Shown: positions 1 through 10,355 of the stretch, in pieces
Position numbering within the stretch: the first letter of the stretch is position 1
How the letters are laid out: each line of letters begins with the position of its first letter
Assembly: GCA_029005335.1 (NCBI GenBank)
Contig: JAQXFT010000022.1
Span: 21,438-85,437, forward strand
From: Oscillospiraceae bacterium
Lineage (GTDB): Bacteria; Bacillota; Clostridia; Oscillospirales; Ruminococcaceae
Direction: 5' to 3'
DNA: 64,000 nucleotides
Position numbers and translations under genes: made by a program
The notes under the pieces: generated by a model
Databases searched by the model: none
What the model saw: only the letters and a program-made list of their open reading frames with translations
What the model was told of the DNA's origin: nothing

Positions 1-96
1 CAGGGAACTTCCGTTCACAAATATGTATCCTATGTTACTGATGATATTTATCATGACGGAATATGGAATGCCCTGAAGCATTTTGAGATTATTTGA
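1..96 (+). CDS. 3' end of a Cof-type HAD-IIB hydrolase (partial)
   Basis: Frame 1 reads QGTSVHKYVSYVTDDIYHDGIWNALKHFEII* (TGA 94-96), resembling the YVTddxxxDGI-xALKHF C-terminus of Cof-like HAD phosphatases; not in the ORF track. Confidence 0.6.
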   Translation, partial: QGTSVHKYVSYVTDDIYHDGIWNALKHFEII

Positions 97-98
97 TA

Positions 99-127
99 TT
101 GACAATCCTTTATATTTATGGTATTCT
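99..127 (+). promoter_or_regulatory. sigma-A promoter of the PPi-PFK gene
   Basis: TTGACA(99-104), 17 nt spacer, TATTCT(122-127) preceded by a TG extended -10. Confidence 0.65.
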
Positions 128-186
128 AATCTTAATTATAATATGAGAGGAGGAACGGAATACAAAAAAATGTATTCCTGTTGTTT

Positions 187-1392
187 ATGAATATTGCTGT
201 TGCACAGTCGGGAGGCCCTACAAGTGCTATCAATGCATCACTTGCCGGAGTTTATCTCGAAGCAGTCGAATCCGGAAAATTCAATAAGATATATGGTTCT
301 CTGAATGGTATTGAGGGAATTATAAAGCAGAAGCTTATAAATCTTTCGGACTATCTTAAAAATCCGGAGGATATTGACCTGCTGATTCATACACCGTCAA
401 CGGTTCTCGGTTCTTGCCGTTATAAAATTCCGGAAGAAAATGCTGATGAGGTATATCAGAAAATTCTCAGATGTTTCAGGAAATATGATATAGGCGTATT
501 TTTCTATATCGGCGGTAACGATTCCATGGATACTGTTATGAAGCTTTCTGAATATTTTGAAAAAAATAACATTAATGATATAAAGGTTATAGGCGTTCCG
601 AAAACTATCGACAATGATTTGTGCGGTACTGACCACAGTCCCGGATTTGGTTCAGCATCGAAATATGTAAATGCAACAGTTCAGGAGATAGCAAGAGACA
701 GCAGGGTATACAGTGTTGATTCCGTTACCATAATTGAAATTATGGGACGTCATGCAGGCTGGCTTACTGCTTCAACCTGCTGTCTGAGAGCTAACGGAGA
801 AACAGCTCCGCACTTTATATATCTTCCCGAAGTTCCTTTCAATGTTGATAAGTTCGTTGAAGATGTAAAGCGTGTTCAGAAAGAGCATAAAGCCGTTATT
901 GTTGCAGTATCGGAGGGCGTTAAGCTTGAAAATTCTCATCAGTACCGTTCCGGAAAAACTGACGCTTTCGGACATCAATATTTATCGGGAATAGGAAAAT
1001 ATCTGGAAAATATTGTTTCAGATAATCTTAAATGCAAGGTGCGTTCCGTTGAGCTTAATGTTATGCAGAGGTGCAGTTCTCATATAGCTTCCGGAACAGA
1101 CCTTGACGAATCAGTTGAAATCGGAAGATGTGCCGTAAAAACTGCACTTGCTGGAAATACCGGCTGTATGATGTGCTATATCCGTGACAGTTCAGAGCCT
1201 TACAGTATTCATATTGAAAGTATTCCGGTATCTCAGACAGCTAACCACGAAAAATATTTCCCGAAAGAATGGATTAATTCAGAGGGCAATAATATTTCCG
1301 ATGAGGCAATAAAATATTTCCTGCCTCTTATTCAGGGAGAAGTCCAGCAGAAAATGAAAAACGGTATGCCGGTACATTTCGTTATCGAATAA
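187..1392 (+). CDS. pfp: 6-phosphofructokinase, probably PPi-dependent
   Basis: QSGGPTSAINAS, GGNDS (Asp at the PPi/ATP specificity site), PKTIDND, EIMGRHAGW motifs; ATG at 187 chosen over TTG 181. Confidence 0.85.
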   Translation: MNIAVAQSGGPTSAINASLAGVYLEAVESGKFNKIYGSLNGIEGIIKQKLINLSDYLKNPEDIDLLIHTPSTVLGSCRYKIPEENADEVYQKILRCFRKYDIGVFFYIGGNDSMDTVMKLSEYFEKNNINDIKVIGVPKTIDNDLCGTDHSPGFGSASKYVNATVQEIARDSRVYSVDSVTIIEIMGRHAGWLTASTCCLRANGETAPHFIYLPEVPFNVDKFVEDVKRVQKEHKAVIVAVSEGVKLENSHQYRSGKTDAFGHQYLSGIGKYLENIVSDNLKCKVRSVELNVMQRCSSHIASGTDLDESVEIGRCAVKTALAGNTGCMMCYIRDSSEPYSIHIESIPVSQTANHEKYFPKEWINSEGNNISDEAIKYFLPLIQGEVQQKMKNGMPVHFVIE

Positions 1393-1419
1393 TTTTTTCA
1401 GATTTTTCAGAAAAAATTT

Positions 1420-1448
1420 GTATAATTTTTCAGATATCTCACATAATA
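1420..1448 (+). promoter_or_regulatory. sigma-G-type forespore promoter of spoVT
   Basis: GTATA(1420-1424), 17 nt spacer, CATAATA(1442-1448) matches the sigma-G consensus; spoVT is sigma-G controlled in B. subtilis. Confidence 0.65.
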
Positions 1449-1493
1449 CAAATACAAATCCGAAAAAATTTGTATACGGAGGTATCAGAATAT

Positions 1494-2030
1494 ATGAAAG
1501 CAACCGGAATAGTACGTCGTATAGACGATTTGGGACGAGTTGTCATTCCGAAGGAAATAAGACGCACAATGCGTATACGTGAGGGCGACCCTCTTGAAAT
1601 ATATACCAACAGCGAGGGAGAAGTAATATTCAAAAAGTATTCGGCAATCGGTGAAATTACTGAGAGTGCCGGACATATTGCGGATATAATGAATAAGCTG
1701 GCAGGTTGTCCCGTAGTTATATTCGACCGTGACCACGTTGTTGCAACATCAGGAGTATCAAAAAAGGAGTTCTCCGAAAGACGTGTCAGCAATCAGCTTG
1801 AGGAGCTTATGGAGAACAGGGGACAGTATTACAGCAATAATGACAATTCAAGATTTGTAGTTGCTGAGGGCATAGATAAAAGCGGACTTGCGGTAGTGCC
1901 TATAATTTCCAATGGTGATGTTACCGGTGCAGTTGCATTTATGGAAAACGGTACAGGCAAGGTTACAGAGCTTCAGAAGAGCCTTATTACGGCTTCGAGT
2001 CAGTTTCTGGGAAAACAGCTTGAATGTTAA
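1494..2030 (+). CDS. spoVT: Stage V sporulation protein T (AbrB-type N-terminus plus GAF domain)
   Basis: MKATGIVRRIDDLGRVVIPKEIRRTMRIREGDPLEI signature; GGAGG at 1478-1482 supports ATG 1494. Confidence 0.93.
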   Translation: MKATGIVRRIDDLGRVVIPKEIRRTMRIREGDPLEIYTNSEGEVIFKKYSAIGEITESAGHIADIMNKLAGCPVVIFDRDHVVATSGVSKKEFSERRVSNQLEELMENRGQYYSNNDNSRFVVAEGIDKSGLAVVPIISNGDVTGAVAFMENGTGKVTELQKSLITASSQFLGKQLEC

Positions 2031-2032
2031 GC

Positions 2033-2055
2033 ACGGGCGGCCGATGGTCGCCCGT
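2033..2055 (+). terminator. REP-like palindrome acting as spoVT terminator
   Basis: ACGGGCGGCC-GAT-GGTCGCCCGT followed by a T run immediately after the stop codon. Confidence 0.75.
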
Positions 2056-2140
2056 TTTTTCAGATGATAAAAAATATGCTCTCTTTCATCAGATTTTTTC
2101 TGACAAAAGGGAGCATTTAAATCCGGCTGAACGGATTTTT

Positions 2141-3283
2141 TTATTTCATATTGTATTTTTCAAGTAAGGTTTTGATTTTTTCGTGAGGGTCTATAACAGA
2201 GCTTATTGATACATCATGATTTATGGCAGCTATGAAATATGCTATATATTTTGATACGTCAACCTCATAGAACCATTCACGGCTTAAAAGCTCAGGGGTT
2301 CTGTATGTGAGGTTTGTGCCGAATACACCGTCAATATATCCGTCAGCATAAGCCTTGTCGAATTTTTCCAGACCGTTTGTAAAGATAGCATAAGTAGCAT
2401 ATGCAAAGATACGGCGTGCATTTTTTTCTTTGAGAGCATATGCAAGGTCGAGCATAGATTCACCGGAGGAAATAATATCATCAGCAATAAAAATATCCGT
2501 GCCGTCAACGGGATTTCCGAGATATTCATGAGCTACAATAGGATTTCTGCCGTCTACTATGGTAGAATAGTCACGTCTTTTATAGAACATACCGAGTTCT
2601 ACTCCGAGTACGGAGGCATAGTACATATTTCTGTTCAAAGCACCCTCATCAGGGCTTACAATCATGAATTTATCCTTTGTAAGTTCAATATCCCTGATAT
2701 TTTTTATAACGCTTTTGAGTACCTGATATGTTGGCATAACGTTATCGAAGCCCATAAGCGGAACAGCGTTCTGTACTCTCGGGTCGTGAGCGTCGAAGGT
2801 AATTATATTTGAAACACCCATTCTTTCGAGTTCCTGCAAAGCCCATGCACAGTCGAGTGATTCACGGTAATTTCTTCTGTGCTGACGTCCGCCGTAAAGA
2901 ATCGGCATAATAACGTTGATTCTGTGAGCCTTACCGCTTGCGGCCTGAATTATACGCTTCAAATCCTGAAAATGGTCATCAGGTGACATACAGTTTTCAC
3001 GGGAAAAGAGCTTGTATCTGCAGTTATAGTTTCCGACGTCAACTATAATGTAGAGGTCTTTTCCTCTGACAGTGGATTTGATGTATCCTTTTCCGTCGCC
3101 GGAAGCAAAGCGGGGACATTCGGCTTCGATAAGCAGAGTATCAATATCATTTCCGCCCTTTTTAGCCCAGTCAACGAGATAGCTGTTAATTTTCCCTCCG
3201 AGTTCCGTTGCACTTTCCATAGCGATAATTCCTACAGGAGCAACGCTTGATTCCTGATTAAATAAAACTTCACTTGCAGTCAT
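2141..3283 (-). CDS. prs: Ribose-phosphate pyrophosphokinase
   Basis: RFASGDG, YGGRQHR, FDAHDP, VSPDEGA, IADDIISSGESM motifs; GAAAGGA RBS before ATG 3283. Confidence 0.9.
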   Translation of the reverse strand: MTASEVLFNQESSVAPVGIIAMESATELGGKINSYLVDWAKKGGNDIDTLLIEAECPRFASGDGKGYIKSTVRGKDLYIIVDVGNYNCRYKLFSRENCMSPDDHFQDLKRIIQAASGKAHRINVIMPILYGGRQHRRNYRESLDCAWALQELERMGVSNIITFDAHDPRVQNAVPLMGFDNVMPTYQVLKSVIKNIRDIELTKDKFMIVSPDEGALNRNMYYASVLGVELGMFYKRRDYSTIVDGRNPIVAHEYLGNPVDGTDIFIADDIISSGESMLDLAYALKEKNARRIFAYATYAIFTNGLEKFDKAYADGYIDGVFGTNLTYRTPELLSREWFYEVDVSKYIAYFIAAINHDVSISSVIDPHEKIKTLLEKYNMK

Positions 3284-3307
3284 ACTGATTATTCCTTTCA
3301 AAAACAA

Positions 3308-3838
3308 TTACTTACAGAATTTATTGATATAGTTGTCTATATCTCCGGCAATGATATTTCTGGCACTCTCTGCATTTTCGATTTCATCTATAGCAGTAGT
3401 TTTATTTTCGAGTTCCTTATAGACCTTGAAGAAATGAATCATTTCTTCAAAAACGTGCTTAGGGAGTTCATCAATATCGGTATATGTATTATAGTTGGGG
3501 TCATCGAAGGGGATAGCGATAATTTTGTCATCATGCTTACCGCTGTCCATCATTCTTATAACTCCTATAGGATAGCATCTCACGAGGGTATGAGGGTAGA
3601 GAGATTCAGAGCATATAACCAGTACGTCAAGCGGGTCATTATCGTCAGCATATGTACGGGGTATAAGGCCGTAATTTGCAGGATAGTGAGTAGAGGTATA
3701 GAGGATTCTGTCCATTTTTATGAAGCCTGTTGCCTTATCAAGCTCATATTTTACTTTGCTTCCCTTTGGAATTTCGACAACAGCGAAGAAATCATCAGGG
3801 CTTATACGCTTGGGGTCGATATTATGCCAGATATTCAA
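3308..3838 (-). CDS. ppa: Soluble family I inorganic pyrophosphatase
   Basis: [43 protein letters not shown]; TTG start at 3838 after GAAGGA. Confidence 0.92.
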   Translation of the reverse strand: MNIWHNIDPKRISPDDFFAVVEIPKGSKVKYELDKATGFIKMDRILYTSTHYPANYGLIPRTYADDNDPLDVLVICSESLYPHTLVRCYPIGVIRMMDSGKHDDKIIAIPFDDPNYNTYTDIDELPKHVFEEMIHFFKVYKELENKTTAIDEIENAESARNIIAGDIDNYINKFCK

Positions 3839-4173
3839 AATCAAATCCTTCTTTCTTAAAAAATACTCAGGCTGAATCATTTGAAAAATACAAAATGCCT
3901 TTATTATTAGTATATCATTTTTCAGGGATTTGTCAATAAGAGATTGAAAATTCGGCAATCTAATATAATTTTACACAGATTTATTATAGATTTTGCATTT
4001 TTTTGTAAAGCTCCGGATACGAGGGACATATTATATATATTATAAAATTCATAATTTGTTTTTTTACCGGACTGTATTTTTTAAAAATACTATTGAAAAA
4101 ATTTTTCGGGAATGTTATAATTATATAAGAATTTTTCGGTTTGGTTCAATTTTATAGAAAAGAAGTGATTTGT

Positions 4174-6117
4174 TTGAAAAGATATATCAATATAGCTGTT
4201 ATAGTTTCGGGTATCGATGAATATTATCAGAGCTGTATCCTTGAGGGTATTCAGAAATTTGCTCTTTCACATCAGATAAACCTTGCACATTTTATAGCCT
4301 TCGGCGGAACAATGTTCGATACAAAGCATGATACCGGTGAATATAATATATTTTCGCTTCCTGATTTTTCATATTTTGACGGGGCAATTCTGCTGTTGAA
4401 TACAATATCATCATCTTCCGAGGCAGAGAGCATAATATCCAGAATAAAGCAGGCTGGAATACCTGCTGTAAGCATAGACCGTGATATTCCTGAATTTTAT
4501 CATATCGGCATTGACAATTCCTCAGCTATGGAAAAAATTGTTGAACACTTTATAAATTATCATGGCTTCAGGACATTCAACTATATATCAGGACCCGAAA
4601 ACAACTCCGAGAGCGTCCAGAGATACAACTCCTTCCGGAAAGTCCTTAAAAAGTATAATCTTCCGTTTGATGACAGAAGGGTGTATTTCGGGGATTTCAG
4701 AGCATTGAGCGGACGGCAGGCTGCGGAATATTTCCTGTCATCAGGACTTCCTCTTCCGGACGCCGTAATATCTGCAAATGATGTTATGGCAGTCTCTGCA
4801 ATGAGCGTTTTTGAGGAGCATAACTTAAAGATTCCGAATGATGTATGCTTTTCGGGCTTTGATAATACATATGATGCAAGGAATTATTCTCCGGAGCTTA
4901 CTTCAATCCAGAGACCTCTTTCCGAATCCGGAATACTTTCATGCAGGATTCTTTATGAACACATAAACGGCAAGAAAACTGAAAGAAACTTTATTCTCGA
5001 TATGAAGCCACGCTTTACCCAGAGCTGTGGCTGTCAGAGCTATAATCCCGAAACTTCTGAAAGCTTCCGGAAGCACAACTATAAAATTCTTGAAAACAAT
5101 GCTGTATCACGTTCAATGATAAACCGTATGTCATGCCGGCTTATAGACTGCGACAACTTTGAAGAGTATATCGAAAAGCTTAAACCTTTTGTAACAGAAA
5201 TAAAAGCTGAAGAATTTTATCTCTGCCTCTGCGACAACTGGAATGCGGGTATTGATGGCAGTGGGAATTATAATTTTCAGATGAATCAGGATTTTTCTGT
5301 TGAAAGATATACAGAAAATGTAGTTATACCATGCTCATTCAGAAACGGAAAATTTTCTTCAATACCGTCCTTTGAATCAAAGAATATGGTTCCGGATATG
5401 TTCAGTGATACCGGAAAAAATAAATTCTATTATTTTGTTCCGCTTCACTTCCGTGAAAGATGTCTCGGCTATCTGGCTATACTCAACAGTGATTTTCTTA
5501 TAAAAACTCCGATGTTTCAGACATGGAGTATTACTATATGCAGTTCTCTTGAAAATATCCGCAAAATTGAATGTCTGGACAATGCAGTAAAAAAGCTTGA
5601 CAGGCTTTATACTGTTGATACTCTTTCGGGAATATACAACAGAAACGGTTTTAATAATAATTCAACTGAGCTTTTCAACTATTGCATAAAGCGTAAAAGA
5701 CCAGTTATGCTTATGTTTATAGATATGGATAATCTTAAGGTTATAAATGACAATTTAGGGCATAAATCCGGAGATTCCGCTATTCACGCTATTGCTGAGG
5801 CTATAAGGGATTCCTGTACGAATGGCGAGGTATACTGCCGGTTCGGAGGAGATGAATTTATAGTATTCGCTGCCGACTATACCGAAAAGGAAGCACGCAT
5901 ACTTACTGAAAAAATACATGAGAACATAAGAAAAAAATCCGAGAATCTGAATCAGAAATATACCCTTACTGCAAGTATAGGCTATCATATACAGATTCCG
6001 GACGAAAATACACAGATTTTTCAGCTTGTAACAATCGCCGACCATGTAATGTATGAACAGAAGAAGAAAAAAAAGAAATCCAGATATCTTAAAAAATCAG
6101 GTGAAAAAAATGAATAA
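4174..6117 (+). CDS. LacI/periplasmic-binding-protein-like sugar-sensing domain fused to a GGDEF diguanylate cyclase
   Basis: N-terminal PBP1-like motifs (IGIDNSSAM, PDAVISANDVMA, SGFDN, PELTSI); C-terminal DTLSGIYNR, FIDMDNLKVIND, RFGGDEF; no HTH, no transmembrane segment. Confidence 0.85.
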   Translation: MKRYINIAVIVSGIDEYYQSCILEGIQKFALSHQINLAHFIAFGGTMFDTKHDTGEYNIFSLPDFSYFDGAILLLNTISSSSEAESIISRIKQAGIPAVSIDRDIPEFYHIGIDNSSAMEKIVEHFINYHGFRTFNYISGPENNSESVQRYNSFRKVLKKYNLPFDDRRVYFGDFRALSGRQAAEYFLSSGLPLPDAVISANDVMAVSAMSVFEEHNLKIPNDVCFSGFDNTYDARNYSPELTSIQRPLSESGILSCRILYEHINGKKTERNFILDMKPRFTQSCGCQSYNPETSESFRKHNYKILENNAVSRSMINRMSCRLIDCDNFEEYIEKLKPFVTEIKAEEFYLCLCDNWNAGIDGSGNYNFQMNQDFSVERYTENVVIPCSFRNGKFSSIPSFESKNMVPDMFSDTGKNKFYYFVPLHFRERCLGYLAILNSDFLIKTPMFQTWSITICSSLENIRKIECLDNAVKKLDRLYTVDTLSGIYNRNGFNNNSTELFNYCIKRKRPVMLMFIDMDNLKVINDNLGHKSGDSAIHAIAEAIRDSCTNGEVYCRFGGDEFIVFAADYTEKEARILTEKIHENIRKKSENLNQKYTLTASIGYHIQIPDENTQIFQLVTIADHVMYEQKKKKKKSRYLKKSGEKNE

Positions 6118-7099
6118 CAGAATGACAGTATATAACTACAGGGATTTTGACGAGGGAAAGTATTTCAGAAAGTATTCTGCCGAATATGGAATAGAAATAA
6201 ATCCTTTACCTTTTACTCCGGATTTGTCAACCGTAAAATTAAGTGAAGATTCATCATTTGTAAATGTTATAACTACTCCGGTAAATGCTGAGCTTCTGGA
6301 TAAATTCAGGTCGTGCGGAGTTGAATATATAGTTACACGTACAATAGGCTATGACCATATAGATACAGAATATGCAAAAAAGCTGGGAATAAAAATTGCC
6401 AATACACCTTATGACCCTGAGGGTGTTTCGGAATATACAATAATGCTGATGCTTATGTGCATACGCCGTCTGAAATCAATACTCATGAGGGGAGAAATAC
6501 AGGATTTTACTCTCAAAGGTATTCTTGGAAAGGAACTCGGAAGCATGACTGCAGGTGTAATAGGCACGGGAAGAATCGGTACACGTCTTATAAAGAATCT
6601 TTCCGGATTCGGGTGCAGAATACTTGCAAGCTCTCCGCATGAAAATCCGGAGGTGAAAAAATATGCTGAATATACCAGCCTTGAAAATCTTATAAGGGAA
6701 TCTGATATTATAACGCTTCATGCACCACTTTCAGAAAATACAAGGAATATAATCAGCAGTGATACCATATCGCAGATGAAGGACGGAGTAATTATAATCA
6801 ATACTGCCAGAGGCGGACTTATTGATATGGACGCTCTTATTGAGGGAATAGAATCCGGAAAAATAGGCTCAGCCGGTCTTGATGTAGTGGGAAATGAATC
6901 AGAAATCTGCTACTACGACAGACGTGAAGCTGTTCTTCACAACAGACAGCTCTATACTCTCAGAAGTATGCCCAATGTAATAATTACTCATCATATGGCA
7001 TTCTATACTGAAAACTGTGTTGAAACTATGGTAAGGGATTCGATAAGAGGAGCTTTCTGCAGTCTCAGCAATAAAGAAAATCCATGGCTTATACCATAA
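6110..7099 (+). CDS. D-isomer-specific 2-hydroxyacid dehydrogenase (D-lactate dehydrogenase-like)
   Basis: RTIGYDHID, GVIGTGRIG, ITLHAPL, INTARGGL, LDV, HMAFYT; start overlaps the end of the GGDEF gene. Confidence 0.85.
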   Translation: MNNRMTVYNYRDFDEGKYFRKYSAEYGIEINPLPFTPDLSTVKLSEDSSFVNVITTPVNAELLDKFRSCGVEYIVTRTIGYDHIDTEYAKKLGIKIANTPYDPEGVSEYTIMLMLMCIRRLKSILMRGEIQDFTLKGILGKELGSMTAGVIGTGRIGTRLIKNLSGFGCRILASSPHENPEVKKYAEYTSLENLIRESDIITLHAPLSENTRNIISSDTISQMKDGVIIINTARGGLIDMDALIEGIESGKIGSAGLDVVGNESEICYYDRREAVLHNRQLYTLRSMPNVIITHHMAFYTENCVETMVRDSIRGAFCSLSNKENPWLIP

Positions 7100-7128
7100 A
7101 AAACGGGCGGGAAAAGTCGCCCGTTTTT
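7099..7128. terminator. Bidirectional intrinsic terminator between convergent genes
   Basis: AAAAACGGGCG-ggaaaagt-CGCCCGTTTTT. Confidence 0.8.
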
Positions 7129-8146
7129 ATCTGTATTTGTATACAGGAACATTCTCAAAGCCATCAAGAAGCTTGTCAGTCTCATTGAATGCAACGCAAG
7201 TACCCTTTGCGACACAATTCATAGGGTCATCAGCAATACGGCAGTCAATTCCGAGAGTTCTCTTTATAAGGGGGCATAATCCGCCCAGAAGAGCTCCGCC
7301 TCCTGTAAGAATTATTCCGTTTGCATGAATATCGCCGACAAGCTCCGGAGGAGTATCTCCCAGAACCTTTCTTATAGCTTCGAGTATTGCAAATACTTCA
7401 TCTTCAATAGCGTTATAAAGCTCGACTTCATTCAGATTTATAGTTTCCGGAAGTCCTCTTAAAAGATTCCTTCCCTTTACCGGTATTGATATTTCAACAT
7501 TGGGGTCATAGAGATTTGCAAGATGTATTTTCAGATATTCGGCAGTTCTTTCACCGATAAGAAGCCTGTATCTGTTCTGGATATATCTGATAATTGCACG
7601 GTCTATACAGTTACCTGCAATTTTTATGGTATGTGAGGCTACGATACCGTTCATTGATACTATGGCTACATTTGTAGTACCTCCGCCGATATCGACAACC
7701 AGATTTCCCTTTGCATCGGCAATATTGATTCCTGCACCAATAGCAGCGGAAACAGGCTCCTGAATCATATAAACCTGTCTCGCACCGGCACTTCGGGCGG
7801 CATCTGCAGCAGCACGGCTTTCAACATCAGTTATATAAGATGGTATGCATATTATTATACGTGGTTTTATAAGCTGGTATCCGGCTACTTTAAGAATAAA
7901 TTCACGTATCATACTTCTTGCCAGATCGTCATCAGATATAACACCTTCACTTATCGGGTGTACTACAGATATATAATCGGGATTTCTTCCAATCATCTTA
8001 TAAGCCTCCTTGCCGACGGCAAGAACTCTCTCTGTATATGTATTATATGCTATAACAGAAGGCTCATTGAGAATCACTCCTCTTTTTCCCATAGTAATAA
8101 CGATGTTGGAAGTACCCAAATCTATTCCTATATCAGCATTTGCCAT
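7127..8146 (-). CDS. mreB: Rod shape-determining actin homolog (MreB/Mbl family)
   Basis: IGIDLGTSN, NEPSV, IQEPVSAAIGAG, VDIGGGTT, TGGGALL; AAGGAG before ATG 8146. Confidence 0.88.
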   Translation of the reverse strand: MANADIGIDLGTSNIVITMGKRGVILNEPSVIAYNTYTERVLAVGKEAYKMIGRNPDYISVVHPISEGVISDDDLARSMIREFILKVAGYQLIKPRIIICIPSYITDVESRAAADAARSAGARQVYMIQEPVSAAIGAGINIADAKGNLVVDIGGGTTNVAIVSMNGIVASHTIKIAGNCIDRAIIRYIQNRYRLLIGERTAEYLKIHLANLYDPNVEISIPVKGRNLLRGLPETINLNEVELYNAIEDEVFAILEAIRKVLGDTPPELVGDIHANGIILTGGGALLGGLCPLIKRTLGIDCRIADDPMNCVAKGTCVAFNETDKLLDGFENVPVYKYR

Positions 8147-8147
8147 T

Positions 8148-10355
8148 TTAATTCTCCTTTTTATTTTCACGGAGCATATACGAAAGACAAGTATATCTCA
8201 GTGTTTTTTTGCTGTTGTCAATCATTTCGGTTATATCATCTTCAGTCCCTATAAGAATCAGAAGCTTTTTTGCACGGGTTACAGCGGTATACAGAAGATT
8301 TCTGTAGCAGAGCTTTTTGAACTCACATGTAACCGGCATTATAACTGCATCAAATTCACAGCCCTGACTTTTGTGAACTGTTACAGCATATGCAAGCTCA
8401 AGCTGTGAGAGCATATCAGATGTATATAAAGCGGTTTTCCCGTCAAAATTAACGGTAACTTCTCCGGAGCTTTTATTAATGCTTTCTATGCGTCCTATAT
8501 CTCCGTTATAAATTCCCATACCGTTTTCCTCGTCCTTATACCAGACTATATCGTAATTATTTTTTATCTGCATGACCTTATCGCCCTCACGGAGAGTATA
8601 AAGATGGTTTTTGATTTCAGATTTCTGATTGCTTTCGGGATTGAGATTTTTCTGCAGGAAGCGGTTTATTTCGATAACTCCGAGAAGACCTTTTTTTGAC
8701 GGGGAAAGAATCTGTATGTTATCAAGCGGAGAGTAATTATATGCATTCGGCAGGCGGGTTTTTATAAGGTCGGAAATAAGATTCAGAATATTATTGCAGT
8801 CTGTACGTCTGAAGAAAAAGAAATCACTGTCATGACGTGAAAGCTCCGGTTTTTTTCCGTTTATGATTTTGTGGGCATTTGTGACTATACAGCTTGATTT
8901 TGCCTGACGGAATATTTCTTTAAGCTCTACAACGGGAATTGCTTCGCTGTCGATTATATCTTTCAGAAGATTTCCTGCTCCGACTGAGGGGAGCTGGTCG
9001 CTGTCGCCTACCATTATTATTTTACATTCAGGACGCAGTGCATGAATCAGACTGGAAAAAAGCTGTACATCGACCATTGACATTTCGTCTATGATTATAA
9101 CATCACATGGCAGAGGATTTGATTCATCATGCAGGAATTTCTGCTTTCCGAATGAATTGAATCCGACCTCAAGAAGCCGGTGAATTGTTTTTGACTCGTG
9201 ACCGGTAAGCTCAGTCATTCTCTTTGAGGCACGTCCTGTCGGAGCTGTAAGAACTACATCATAGTCCATTTTTTCAAATATGGAGATTATTGCATTTATA
9301 GATGTTGTTTTACCAGTACCGGGGCCTCCTGTCATGACGAGAACTCCCTTTTCAATGGCTTCGGAAATAGCTTTTCTTTGAAGGGCTTCATATTTTATAT
9401 TGTTTTCGGATTCCTCAATATCTATAAGAAAATCGCAGTCGATATTTTCCGTAATACCGTAATTTACAATGGTATTGAGTCTGTTTGCAATAAAACGTTC
9501 TGCATAATAGTATTCGGGAAGGTATACAAATTCACGTTCTTTTTTTACATATTCAAAAAGCTCATTTTCCTCCAGTGCATAGCTGTATGTATCATAGAAA
9601 TCAGATTCTGACACATCAAGGAACATACAGGCTTTTTCGCACAGTCTGTCAAGCGGAACGCATGAATGTCCCCCAAGAGCATTCTGACTGAGAATATATT
9701 GTATTCCGGCAATAATTCTTCTTTTGTCATTTCTTTGGAAATTCTGTTCAGAAGCTATGATGTCAGCCTTTGCAAAATCAAGCTCAATATCATTTCCGCA
9801 CATACAGTAAGGATTTTTTCTGATAGTTTCAACAGTATCTTCACCGAATTTCTGATAAGCCCTCATTGCAAACTGCGACCTTATACCGTACTGCATGAGA
9901 TATGAGGCAACATTTCTCAGTGCAAAGAGCTTTTTTATTTCAGTCTTTATTACTTTGTATTTTTTAGGTGAGATTCCCTTTATTTCCATAAGTCTGTCAG
10001 GAGTCTTCTCCATGATTTCAAGGGTATCCTTTCCGAAAACCGCAACTATACGCTTTGCCAGAACAGCACCTATACCCTTTATAGCTCCCGATGCAAGATA
10101 CTTTTCAATATTTACCGTATCATCAGGAAGCTTCCGTTCGCAGTATACAGCACAAAACTGCTTTCCGAATCTGGGGTGCAGGGTATAGGTTCCCTCCACT
10201 GAAAGAAGCTCTCCGCATTCTATATCTCCAAGCTCTCCGACAACCGTCACAAGCTCATCGCCTGAATTTATATCAAGGACGATATATCCGTTAGCTTCAT
10301 TTTTAAAGATAATGTTTTCAACAGTTCCCTCAATCCTTATATTTGTTTGTTCCAT
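8148..10355 (-). CDS. recD2: ATP-dependent RecD2 helicase
   Basis: N-terminal OB/HhH region (GAIKGIG), GGPGTGKT Walker A, DEMSMVD, GDSDQLPSVG, AYAVTVHKSQG, LLYTAVTRAK. Confidence 0.92.
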   Translation of the reverse strand: MEQTNIRIEGTVENIIFKNEANGYIVLDINSGDELVTVVGELGDIECGELLSVEGTYTLHPRFGKQFCAVYCERKLPDDTVNIEKYLASGAIKGIGAVLAKRIVAVFGKDTLEIMEKTPDRLMEIKGISPKKYKVIKTEIKKLFALRNVASYLMQYGIRSQFAMRAYQKFGEDTVETIRKNPYCMCGNDIELDFAKADIIASEQNFQRNDKRRIIAGIQYILSQNALGGHSCVPLDRLCEKACMFLDVSESDFYDTYSYALEENELFEYVKKEREFVYLPEYYYAERFIANRLNTIVNYGITENIDCDFLIDIEESENNIKYEALQRKAISEAIEKGVLVMTGGPGTGKTTSINAIISIFEKMDYDVVLTAPTGRASKRMTELTGHESKTIHRLLEVGFNSFGKQKFLHDESNPLPCDVIIIDEMSMVDVQLFSSLIHALRPECKIIMVGDSDQLPSVGAGNLLKDIIDSEAIPVVELKEIFRQAKSSCIVTNAHKIINGKKPELSRHDSDFFFFRRTDCNNILNLISDLIKTRLPNAYNYSPLDNIQILSPSKKGLLGVIEINRFLQKNLNPESNQKSEIKNHLYTLREGDKVMQIKNNYDIVWYKDEENGMGIYNGDIGRIESINKSSGEVTVNFDGKTALYTSDMLSQLELAYAVTVHKSQGCEFDAVIMPVTCEFKKLCYRNLLYTAVTRAKKLLILIGTEDDITEMIDNSKKTLRYTCLSYMLRENKKEN

